Shown here one piece after another: positions 35,760 through 45,008 of a stretch of DNA of 45,647 nucleotides. The DNA comes from Macrostomum lignano (lineage: Eukaryota). Under the pieces are notes generated by a model. That model made no database searches and was not told the DNA's origin. It saw only the letters and a program-made list of their open reading frames with translations. Within the stretch, counting starts at the first letter, position 1, and each line of letters opens with the position of its first letter. The DNA is taken from NCBI GenBank assembly GCA_002269645.1, contig NIVC01000129.1, positions 1 through 45,647 of the forward strand, written 5' to 3'. Position numbers and translations under genes: made by a program.

Positions 35760-36553
35760 GCTATCGAACATGTTCTTAATAACAACAAAATCGAACTAAG
35801 GGAAGAAATCTGGATTAAAAAACTAGGGACTTACAAACCGCCAGGCACGAACATCAGGGTCGACAATCATCTTCTCCGACCCATCCCAATGGTCCTTCCT
35901 TTTCACCCATCTACGGTCTGGCTTGCCAACGAGATTGCTAAAAACTTTGATAAGCTACAAAATAAACCAGGCTCCCGCATACTGCCCGCTTTTACACGGC
36001 AACGTAACTTACAGAGCCTCCTGGCTCCCAATAAGTTCAAGTCTCAGCCAGGAAACATTTAATCATTTTAACCAATGCGCTATTTTTACCCTATTAAAGT
36101 ACTCGTACAATATTTATTCACGTGTCATTTATTTTATTTTATTCAAACTGCTTAATTGTACGCTCAGTATTGATTTTTATGCTCCTACCCCCAATACCGG
36201 CATTTCATCTAATCGTATAGTATCGCATATCGCATAGTACTTCGAAATAACAATTTTTTTATTACAAATATACTGTCGTTTAAAATGAATGGTGGAAAGC
36301 CTCTGGGACAAGTTAGAGCTAGGCAAAACAGGGTTTTAAATGTACATCCCTCATATGTACAACTACTCATCAATTCTATCAGACTAAGAAAAATAATACT
36401 TAAAAGACCAACTTGCATTGCATGACACACAGATTTTTTGGCCTGACGAAGAGCCCAGAGGCTCGAAACCGGTAGCCCATATTAAATTAATTAAGTCTTT
36501 TGATTTTTTTAAACACGCCGTGACCTCTCTTCTCTCTCTCTCTACCTCTCTCC
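35760..36553 (+). repeat. PLE pseudo-LTR 1 (3' end of ORF2 + 3' UTR)
   Basis: Matches 40704-41496 and 44707-45495; begins GCTATCGAACA, contains ..KFKSQPGNI stop at 36062. Confidence 0.93.
36440..36477 (+). ncRNA. Minimal type I hammerhead ribozyme, copy 1
   Basis: GGC-CTGACGA-A-GAGCC(CAGA)GGCTC-GAAA-CCGG-TA-GCC: stem I GGC/GCC, core CUGANGA, 5-bp stem II, GAAA, palindromic ACCGGT stem III, GUA cleavage triplet (cut after 36474). Confidence 0.88.
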
Positions 36554-36593
36554 TGCCTATGCCTAGCTTGCTCTAGTGCCCGTGCATCATACT

Positions 36594-38780
36594 ATGGAGA
36601 ATCCCTCCAGGAGATGGAGAGGTCGCACGTTCTACAACAGTAACTACCAAAAACAGAACAGGAGACAACCTAGAAAGAACGAACACCTGGATGACGCCTC
36701 CAAACAAGCCAGACTGCTTTTGGACAAACTCCTGAGATGCTACCACCATCGGGCAGTCATCGAATCTATTATTGTCGAGCCACAACGGGCCTATGGCTCT
36801 CTTCAACAAGCCGCACGATCACTGGACCAGGCCTTTCGCCCTGCATTCGCGTCCGACAAACTCCTACAAGACCTACAGGCAGCGAATGTTGCCCACATCG
36901 AGAGCTCACTACTGAAGATCCTGACACACTACGATGCGGCAACCGAAGAGTCTGAAAATCTACTGCGACAACTCTGTAACGACAAAGGACCACCAGATCT
37001 AGCCTCAGTGGCGCGACAAGTCATCCACCATGTGGGCCTCCGCTGCAAACTTGATGCCTCGACCGTCTCAAAATTTCTGGATCGGTTGAATTCTCTGTCT
37101 AATGACCCCTCTGTTATTGACTTACTCGCTACGCCTGCCGCTGCTGCACCGACCATGACCTCGGTGGAGGAATCTCAACCACGCCAGGAGGGCACGGACT
37201 TCTGGAACCTAGATGACGAGTCAACTGTCAGCCTGAACAATTTCTTTCTGCAAAAGAACCAAGCGGATCGACTGGAGTCATTCCTGGCCAAGGAAGTCGC
37301 TCCCCTAGCCTGTCGGCATTCTTCAGCGTCAGAACGACCGGAACCACGACTGATTGCTTGGTTCGGCCCTGACTACAGCTACTCGGGTCGACAACTACGA
37401 TCAAACGGGCCGATCCCCTCAGGGCTCCAACCTCTACTCGAGTCCGTTGAAACTGCGACAGGAAAGCGCTTCAACTCGGTCCTCGTCAACGTGTACCAGA
37501 ACGGCTCCCAATTCGTCGGCTGGCATGCCGATGACGAAGCCGTGCTTGGCGAACGACCCTTCATCGCTTCAGTGTCAATCGGGTGCACCAGAACCTTCGA
37601 GCTAAAAGCTAAGTCAGCGACTTCGCCTTGTCTATCTCTCGATCTATTTCATGGCAGTCTTCTGACCATGTCAGGCGACTGTCAGGCCAACTTTTTTCAT
37701 CGAATTCCCCCGCAACACCACAAACGTGGCCGCCGATTCAACTTGACCTTCCGCTGGACTCACGAAGATCCCAACACCGGTGCCACCGGGGCTTCCCTGG
37801 CCCCATCTGCACCCAGTGCCACCAAGACAGCCACTCCCAACACCGCAGTCCCTCTGACTGCAAGCATGGCACCAGTCGATCTCGACGAGAGCGCCCAATC
37901 TGCCGAACATCGTAGGATCCCAGAGGTCGTCTGCTCCAACAACGACACCACGACAGCCAGCACGATCGCAGCATCTAGCAATGAGCCCACGGCAAGCACG
38001 AACACGGAGACCAACGCCGACTCGGTAGTGGACGGCGGCGCGACGACCATCGGGGACGTGGCAGCGAGCGCCGATGCGACGATCAGCAACGACCCCTCAG
38101 CGGCTGCGGTTGCAGCTTCGGACGGCAGTCCGGCGGCAGGCGGGACCACCGAAGTCGCCTCACCTGAGAACGGCTGTACGTCGGCAGCTGACGACCTCTT
38201 TGTGACCCCGCCTCTTCCACGGGTGGGACTGCCTGCTTCACCTGCCAAACGCCGCTTACCATCGCCGGACTCTGAAGACTCCCCTGGTGGTCCGGAACGC
38301 CACAGGCCGCATCTGAATGACTCACCCAGCACCTTTGAGCAACCTGTTTCGCTCATCATCAGCAGGGACTGCCGGAACCTGGTACTCTGCCCAAAGCCTT
38401 TCGAGGGCCTCAAACTGCCGGCAATCACAGAGGTACATGAGTACTCACTGTCAGCCTTACCATCCCTACTGAGGTCGGCTGCCCTGCGGAACCGGCAATG
38501 CGCTCAGTCAACGGTGCTGGTCCTGCCGGACGAGCTGCTCAGCACAGACCACTGGCGAGAGTTGCTCTCTGAGGCTATCGATCTACTCAGAGCGGACAGT
38601 CTGACACGTAAGATCCTTCTGGTTCCGTCCTTTGCCAGCGGTGAAGAATTGACTCAATATCTGAGTAAGAAACTCTCACCTGTTACTCTTATTGCCTCTC
38701 CTCCTCTTAAACCAATTGTATCCTTCTCAGCGCCGGACTTTATACTGGCGCTGGCTTCCTGGCTGAGAACTTTAAACTAG
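36594..38780 (+). CDS. PLE ORF1: basic N-terminus, helical domain, AlkB-family 2OG-Fe(II) dioxygenase (ALKBH2/3-like), T/A/S/D-rich linker, C-terminal alpha/beta domain
   Basis: First ATG at 36594 (ORF track starts at GTG 36576). EPRLIAWFG..YSYSG, FNSVLVNVYQNG..VGWHADDE (His 37524, Asp 37530), IASVSIG..RTF, L.HGSLLTM.G..Q..FFH (His 37698), RFNLTFR (37734-37754). No frameshift. Confidence 0.92.
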   Translation: MENPSRRWRGRTFYNSNYQKQNRRQPRKNEHLDDASKQARLLLDKLLRCYHHRAVIESIIVEPQRAYGSLQQAARSLDQAFRPAFASDKLLQDLQAANVAHIESSLLKILTHYDAATEESENLLRQLCNDKGPPDLASVARQVIHHVGLRCKLDASTVSKFLDRLNSLSNDPSVIDLLATPAAAAPTMTSVEESQPRQEGTDFWNLDDESTVSLNNFFLQKNQADRLESFLAKEVAPLACRHSSASERPEPRLIAWFGPDYSYSGRQLRSNGPIPSGLQPLLESVETATGKRFNSVLVNVYQNGSQFVGWHADDEAVLGERPFIASVSIGCTRTFELKAKSATSPCLSLDLFHGSLLTMSGDCQANFFHRIPPQHHKRGRRFNLTFRWTHEDPNTGATGASLAPSAPSATKTATPNTAVPLTASMAPVDLDESAQSAEHRRIPEVVCSNNDTTTASTIAASSNEPTASTNTETNADSVVDGGATTIGDVAASADATISNDPSAAAVAASDGSPAAGGTTEVASPENGCTSAADDLFVTPPLPRVGLPASPAKRRLPSPDSEDSPGGPERHRPHLNDSPSTFEQPVSLIISRDCRNLVLCPKPFEGLKLPAITEVHEYSLSALPSLLRSAALRNRQCAQSTVLVLPDELLSTDHWRELLSEAIDLLRADSLTRKILLVPSFASGEELTQYLSKKLSPVTLIASPPLKPIVSFSAPDFILALASWLRTLN
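38771..38780 (+). promoter_or_regulatory. Candidate -1 programmed ribosomal frameshift site U-UUA-AAC followed by the ORF1 stop UAG (copy 1)
   Basis: ORF1 codons ACT-TTA-AAC-TAG; XXXYYYZ heptamer TTTAAAC at 38771-38777 in the correct phase; the -1 frame is ORF2. Confidence 0.75.
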
Positions 38781-41006
38781 CTGACTACTGTAGGCCTCCC
38801 AAACTGGAAGGCAACATTTTGAATCTACACCCTACCTTCAAACTCTCCGAGTCTGAGACGAGGCTGCTAGATAGGGACTCAATTTTATCCCAACCCAAGC
38901 CCTTGATTTCGATGAGTTGAGGAACTGCATGACGGAATTTCATCGTAAACTTTTCTGGAAAGACTTTTTCAAAAAGAGGGGTCTCGCCAATACCAGCCCG
39001 CCCCCCTTCACCGGGAAATCAGGGAAGGAGGTTCCCCTCAGACTTAGAAGGGATGAGTGCAACTTGTTGGTACTTGAGAACCAAAATCTGGTAGAGAATT
39101 TGACAACGGTACAGATCAAAGGCAACCTAGAGGCACCAGAGACCAGGGCCATTCAGAGGCTCAAGCGAAACAGCTCCGTCCTTATAAAAAAGGCGGACAA
39201 AGGCAACGCAGTGGTCATCATGCACCCTAAGGACTACGAATTTGCAGCCTACAACCAACTGTTTGACACTGATGCCTATCAACAGCTGGACCAGCCATTG
39301 CAACCCGGACTGCGGAGCTTATTAGGGGGATCTTCCTCAATTTATGTAACAGAAAGTTCATATCTAAGAAACAGTGTGCATTTCTTTGTCCCGGAGAGAA
39401 CTTCCGTCCCCGGCATTTCTACCTACTCCCAAAAATTCACAAGGACCCGGCCACCTGGCTGATCCCCTTTCGGGTCCCAGCAGGCAGACCTATCGTTAGC
39501 GGATGCAGTTCTGAAGCAATTGGGGCAGAAAAGTACATAGACTTCTTTCTAAAACCGATTGCCCAAGCGCAACCCACTTTCATTAAGGACTCCTATGACT
39601 TCAAGGCACACCTTATGGATAAAAGCTGCACGGAAGGTTCGACTCTGGCAACCTGTGATGTCCAGAGTCTGTACTCCATGATCCCAATAGATCAGGGCAT
39701 TGCAGCGATCCAGGAATTCTTTAACCGATACCCGGATCCCATTAGACCGGATGCTGAAATAATAAAGCAGCTGGAATTGTGTTTGTACAGGAATGACTTT
39801 GAATTTGACAAAATGATTTTCCTACAACTTAGAGGCACAGCCATGGGGCGCATATTTGCGCCCAGCTATGCCTGTCTCTTCATGAGCCTCTGGGAGGAAA
39901 CTGCCCTGAGAACTGCTCTTTATAAGCCGAACATCTATTTTAGGTACATAGATGATATCTTCATTCACTGGGACCACCCGGCTGAAACTCTGACAGAATT
40001 TGTTGTACACCTAAATTCAATCAACCCCAACATCAAACTCACCGTCAGCTCCTCATCAACTGAGGTCAGTTTCCTTGACATGACCATCAGGAAAGCTGAA
40101 AACCGCTTCACAACACAACTGTTTTCAAAAGAAACAGACACTCATAGATTGTTGCACCGACAGTCCTTCCATCCGTCACACACCTTCAAGGGGGTAGTAA
40201 AATCCCAAATCCTTCGGTACGCTCGTATATGTGATGACTACAAGTCTTTCAACCGTGCTTTCAATTCTTTAAAATCGGAACTCAAGCAATTAGGCTACTC
40301 GAAGATTTTTCTTAGAAACTGCAAAAAGGAGGTCCTCATACTTATGAACTGGACTGCAGGACCAACGACCAATCTGGGTCTGCTTCCCAAAGGGTTCCAT
40401 CCCTGTGGGTCATCCCGCTGCAAATGCTGCACCCACTCACCGCCTGCTCTCTCCGCCCAGGGACTGAAACCGGCTTCTGGTTTTTTAATCTCTCAGAGCC
40501 TGTCCTGTGGCTCCAAGAGCATCATCTATGGCATCTCCTGCAACCAGTGCCACCCTGGGAAAATCTTCTATGTAGGGATGACTAGAAGAACAATGAGAGA
40601 TAGAATGAACCAGCACAGGTCAAATATTAACAGGAGAGTCGTAACTTCGGGGTCAGAGCACTTTCTCACCCCCAATCACTCAATTGCAAACTTTGTCTCC
40701 ATTGCTATCGAACAAGTTCTTAATAACAACAAAATCGAACTAAGGGAAGAAATCTGGATTAAAAAACTAGGGACTGACAAACCGCCAGGTACGAACATCA
40801 GGGTCGACAATCATCTTCTCCGACCCATCCCAATGGTCCTTCCTTTTCACCCATCTACGGTCTGGCTTGCCAACGAGATTGCTAAAAACTTTGATAAGCT
40901 ACAAAATAAACCAGGCTCCCGCATACTGCCCGCTTTTACACGGCAACGTAACTTACAGAGCCTCCTGGCTCCCAATAAGTTCAAGTCTCAGCCAGGAAAC
41001 ATTTAA
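38771..41006 (+). CDS. PLE ORF2, copy 1: reverse transcriptase + Cys-rich linker + GIY-YIG endonuclease; two 1-nt deletions (~38875, ~39307) relative to copy 2
   Basis: NILNL..LSESETRLLDRGLNF.PT, KKADKGNAVV, LPKIHK, GRPIVS, DVQSLYSMIP, GTAMG..FAPSYACLFM, YFRYIDDIF (39945-39956), FLDM, HPSHTFKGVVKSQILRY..C, CGSSRCKCC (40404-40430), IIYG (40521) ..FYVG (40569), HxxxxH/E motifs; TAA 41004-41006. Confidence 0.93.
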
Positions 41007-41496
41007 TCATTTTAACCAATGCGCTATTTTTACCCTATTAAAGTACTCGTACAATATTTATTCACGTGTCATTTATTTTATTTTATTCAAACTGCTTAAT
41101 TGTACGCTCAGTATTGATTTTTATGCTCCTACCCCAATACCGGCATTTCATCTAATCGTATAGTATCGCATATCGCATAGTACTTCGAAATAACAATTTT
41201 TTTATTACAAATATACTGTCGTTTAAAATGAATGGTGGAAAGCCTCTGGGACAAGTTAGAGCTAGGCAAAACAGGGTTTTAAATGTACATCCCTCATATG
41301 TACAACTACTCATCAATTCTATCAGACTAAGAAAAATAATACTTAAAAGACCAACTTGCATTGCATGACACACAGATTTTTTGGCCTGACGAAGAGCCCA
41401 GAGGCTCGAAACCGGTAGCCCATATTAAATTAATTAAGTCTTTTGATTTTTTTAAACACGCCGTGACCTCTCTTCTCTCTCTCTCTACCTCTCTCC
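40704..41496 (+). repeat. PLE pseudo-LTR 2
   Basis: Direct repeat of 35760-36553 (offset 4944). Confidence 0.93.
41383..41420 (+). ncRNA. Minimal type I hammerhead ribozyme, copy 2
   Basis: Identical to 36440-36477. Confidence 0.88.
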
Positions 41497-41568
41497 AACT
41501 CTGCTTTGCTCAAAGCCGCCGCAGTTGCTACTGCAACCAGGGGAGAGAAACAGAATAAAATCACTATA

Positions 41569-42781
41569 TTCAGTGTCAATCGGGTGCACCAGAACCTTCG
41601 AGCTAAAAGCTAAGTCAGCGACCTCCCCTTGTCTATCTCTCGATCTATTTCATGGCAGTCTTCTGACCATGTCAGGCGACTGTCAGGCCAACTTTTTTCA
41701 TCGAATTCCCCCGCAACACCACAAACGTGGCCGCCGATTCAACTTGACCTTCCGCTGGACTCACGAAGATCCCAACACCGGTGCCACCGGGGCTTCCCTG
41801 GCCCCATCTGCACCCAGTGCCACCAAGACAGCCACTCCCAACACCGCAGTCCCTCTGACTGCAAGCATGGCACCAGTCGATCTCGACGAGAGCGCCCAAT
41901 CTGCCGAACATCGTAGGATCCCAGAGGTCGTCTGCTCCAACAACGACACCACGACAGCCAGCACGATCGCAGCATCTAGCAATGAGCCCACGGCAAGCAC
42001 GAACACGGAGACCAACGCCGACTCGGTAGTGGACGGCGGCGCGACGACCATCGGGGACGTGGCAGCGAGCGCCGATGCGACGATCAGCAACGACCCCTCA
42101 GCGGCTGCGGTTGCGGCTTCGGACGGCAGTCCGGCGGCAGGCGGGACCACCGAAGTCGCCTCACCTGAGAACGGCTGTACGTCGGCAGCTGACGACCTCT
42201 TTGTGACCCCGCCTCTTCCACGGGTGGGACTGCCTGCTTCACCTGCCAAACGCCGCTTACCATCGCCGGACTCTGAAGACTCCCCTGGTGGTCCGGAACG
42301 CCACAGGCCGCATCTGAATGACTCACCCAGCACCTTTGAGCAACCTGTTTCGCTCATCATCAGCAGGGACTGCCGGAACCTGGTACTCTGCCCAAAGCCT
42401 TTCGAGGGCCTCAAACTGCCGGCAATCACAGAGGTACATGAGTACTCACTGTCAGCCTTACCATCCCTACTGAGGTCGGCTGCCCTGCGGAACCGGCAAT
42501 GCGCTCAGTCAACGGTGCTGGTCCTGCCGGACGAGCTGCTCAGCACAGACCACTGGCGAGAGTTGCTCTCTGAGGCTATCGATCTACTCAGAGCGGACAG
42601 TCTGACACGTAAGATCCTTCTGGTTCCGTCCTTTGCCAGCGGTGAAGAATTGACTCAATATCTGAGTAAGAAACTCTCACCTGTTACTCTTATTGCCTCT
42701 CCTCCTCTTAAACCAATTGTATCCTTCTCAGCGCCGGACTTTATACTGGCGCTGGCTTCCTGGCTGAGAACTTTAAACTAG
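41569..42781 (+). pseudogene. 5'-truncated PLE ORF1, copy 2 (starts inside the AlkB domain, after the HxD motif)
   Basis: Matches 37568-38780 at offset 4001; the first residues of the tracked ORF 41525 come from junction sequence. Confidence 0.9.
42772..42781 (+). promoter_or_regulatory. Candidate -1 frameshift site U-UUA-AAC-UAG (copy 2)
   Basis: TTTAAAC at 42772-42778; the ORF2 frame is open from 42712 and has no ATG until ~42931. Confidence 0.75.
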
Positions 42782-45008
42782 CTGACTACTGTAGGCCTCC
42801 CAAACTGGAAGGCAACATTTTGAATCTACACCCTACCTTCAAACTCTCCGAGTCTGAGACGAGGCTGCTAGATAGGGGACTCAATTTTATCCCAACCCAA
42901 GCCCTTGATTTCGATGAGTTGAGGAACTGCATGACGGAATTTCATCGTAAACTTTTCTGGAAAGACTTTTTCAAAAAGAGGGGTCTCGCCAATACCAGCC
43001 CGCCCCCCTTCACCGGGAAATCAGGGAAGGAGGTTCCCCTCAGACTTAGAAGGGATGAGTGCAACTTGTTGGTACTTGAGAACCAAAATCTGGTAGAGAA
43101 TTTGACAACGGTACAGATCAAAGGCAACCTAGAGGCACCAGAGACCAGGGCCATTCAGAGGCTCAAGCGAAACAGCTCCGTCCTTATAAAAAAGGCGGAC
43201 AAAGGCAACGCAGTGGTCATCATGCACCCTAAGGACTACGAATTTGCAGCCTACAACCAACTGTTTGACACTGATGCCTATCAACAGCTGGACCAGCCAT
43301 TGCAACCCGGGACTGCGGAGCTTATTAGGGGGATCTTCCTCAATTTATGTAACAGAAAGTTCATATCTAAGAAACAGTGTGCATTTCTTTGTCCCGGAGA
43401 GAACTTCCGTCCCCGGCATTTCTACCTACTCCCAAAAATTCACAAGGACCCGGCCACCTGGCTGATCCCCTTTCGGGTCCCAGCAGGCAGACCTATCGTT
43501 AGCGGATGCAGTTCTGAAGCAATTGGGGCAGAAAAGTACATAGACTTCTTTCTAAAACCGATTGCCCAAGCGCAACCCACTTTCATTAAGGACTCCTATG
43601 ACTTCAAGGCACACCTTATGGATAAAAGCTGCACGGAAGGTTCGACTCTGGCAACCTGTGATGTCCAGAGTCTGTACTCCATGATCCCAATAGATCAGGG
43701 CATTGCAGCGATCCAGGAATTCTTTAACCGATACCCGGATCCCATTAGACCGGATGCTGAAATAATAAAGCAGCTGGAATTGTGTTTGTACAGGAATGAC
43801 TTTGAATTTGACAAAATGATTTTCCTACAACTTAGAGGCACAGCCATGGGGCGCATATTTGCGCCCAGCTATGCCTGTCTCTTCATGAGCCTCTGGGAGG
43901 AAACTGCCCTGAGAACTGCTCTTTATAAGCCGAACATCTATTTTAGGTACATAGATGATATCTTCATTCACTGGGACCACCCGGCTGAAACTCTGACAGA
44001 ATTTGTTGTACACCTAAATTCAATCAACCCCAACATCAAACTCACCGTCAGCTCCTCATCAACTGAGGTCAGTTTCCTTGACATGACCATCAGGAAAGCT
44101 GAAAACCGCTTCACAACACAACTGTTTTCAAAAGAAACAGACACTCATAGATTGTTGCACCGACAGTCCTTCCATCCGTCACACACCTTCAAGGGGGTAG
44201 TAAAATCCCAAATCCTTCGGTACGCTCGTATATGTGATGACTACAAGTCTTTCAACGATGCTTTCAATTCTTTAAAATCGGAACTCAAGCAATTAGGCTA
44301 CTCGAAGATTTTTCTTAGAAACTGCAAAAAGGATGTCCTCATACTTATGAACTGGACTGCAGGACCAACGACCAATCTGGGTCTGCTTCCCAAAGGGTTC
44401 CATCCCTGTGGGTCATCCCGCTGCAAATGCTGCACCCACTCACCGCCTGCTCTCTCCGCCCAGGGACTGAAACCGGCTTCTGGTTTTTTAATCTCTCAGA
44501 GCCTGTCCTGTGGCTCCAAGAGCATCATCTATGGCATCTCCTGCAACCAGTGCCACCCTGGGAAAATCTTCTATGTAGGGATGACTAGAAGAACAATGAG
44601 AGATAGAATGAACCAGCACAGGTCAAATATTAACAGGAGAGTCGTAACTTCGGGGTCTGAGCACTTTCTCACCCCCAATCACTCGATTGCAAACTTTGTC
44701 TCCATTGCTATCGAACAGTTCTTAATAACAACAAAATCGAACTAAGGGAAGAAATCTGGATTAAAAAACTAGGGACTTACAAACCGCCAGGCACGAACAT
44801 CAGGGTCGACAATCATCTTCTCCGACCCATCCCAATGGTCCTTCCTTTTCACCCATCTACGGTCTGGCTTGCCAACGAGATTGCTAAAAACTTTGATAAG
44901 CTACAAAATAAACCAGGCTCCCGCATACTGCCCGCTTTTACACGGCAACGTAACTTACAGAGCCTCCTGGCTCCCAATAAGTTCAAGTCTCAGCCAGGAA
45001 ACATTTAA
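42772..45008 (+). CDS. PLE ORF2, copy 2: RT + GIY-YIG; one 1-nt deletion (~44717) relative to copy 1
   Basis: Uninterrupted 42772-44716; GAACAGTT here vs GAACAAGTT in copy 1; true stop TAA 45006-45008. Confidence 0.93.

Noticed and set aside
35430-36062. 210-aa ORF fusing flank, (CT)n and the PLE C-terminus
   Set aside because: Chance read-through from flank through the microsatellite into pLTR1; GTG start, no support
36209-36430. 73-aa minus-strand ORF repeated three times (also 41152, 45153)
   Set aside because: Antisense to the AT-rich PLE 3' UTR; the repetition only reflects pLTR duplication
37234-37760. AlkB as a host ALKBH2/3 gene or bacterial contaminant
   Set aside because: Intronless, inside pLTR boundaries, co-duplicated with the RT and contiguous with eukaryotic genes
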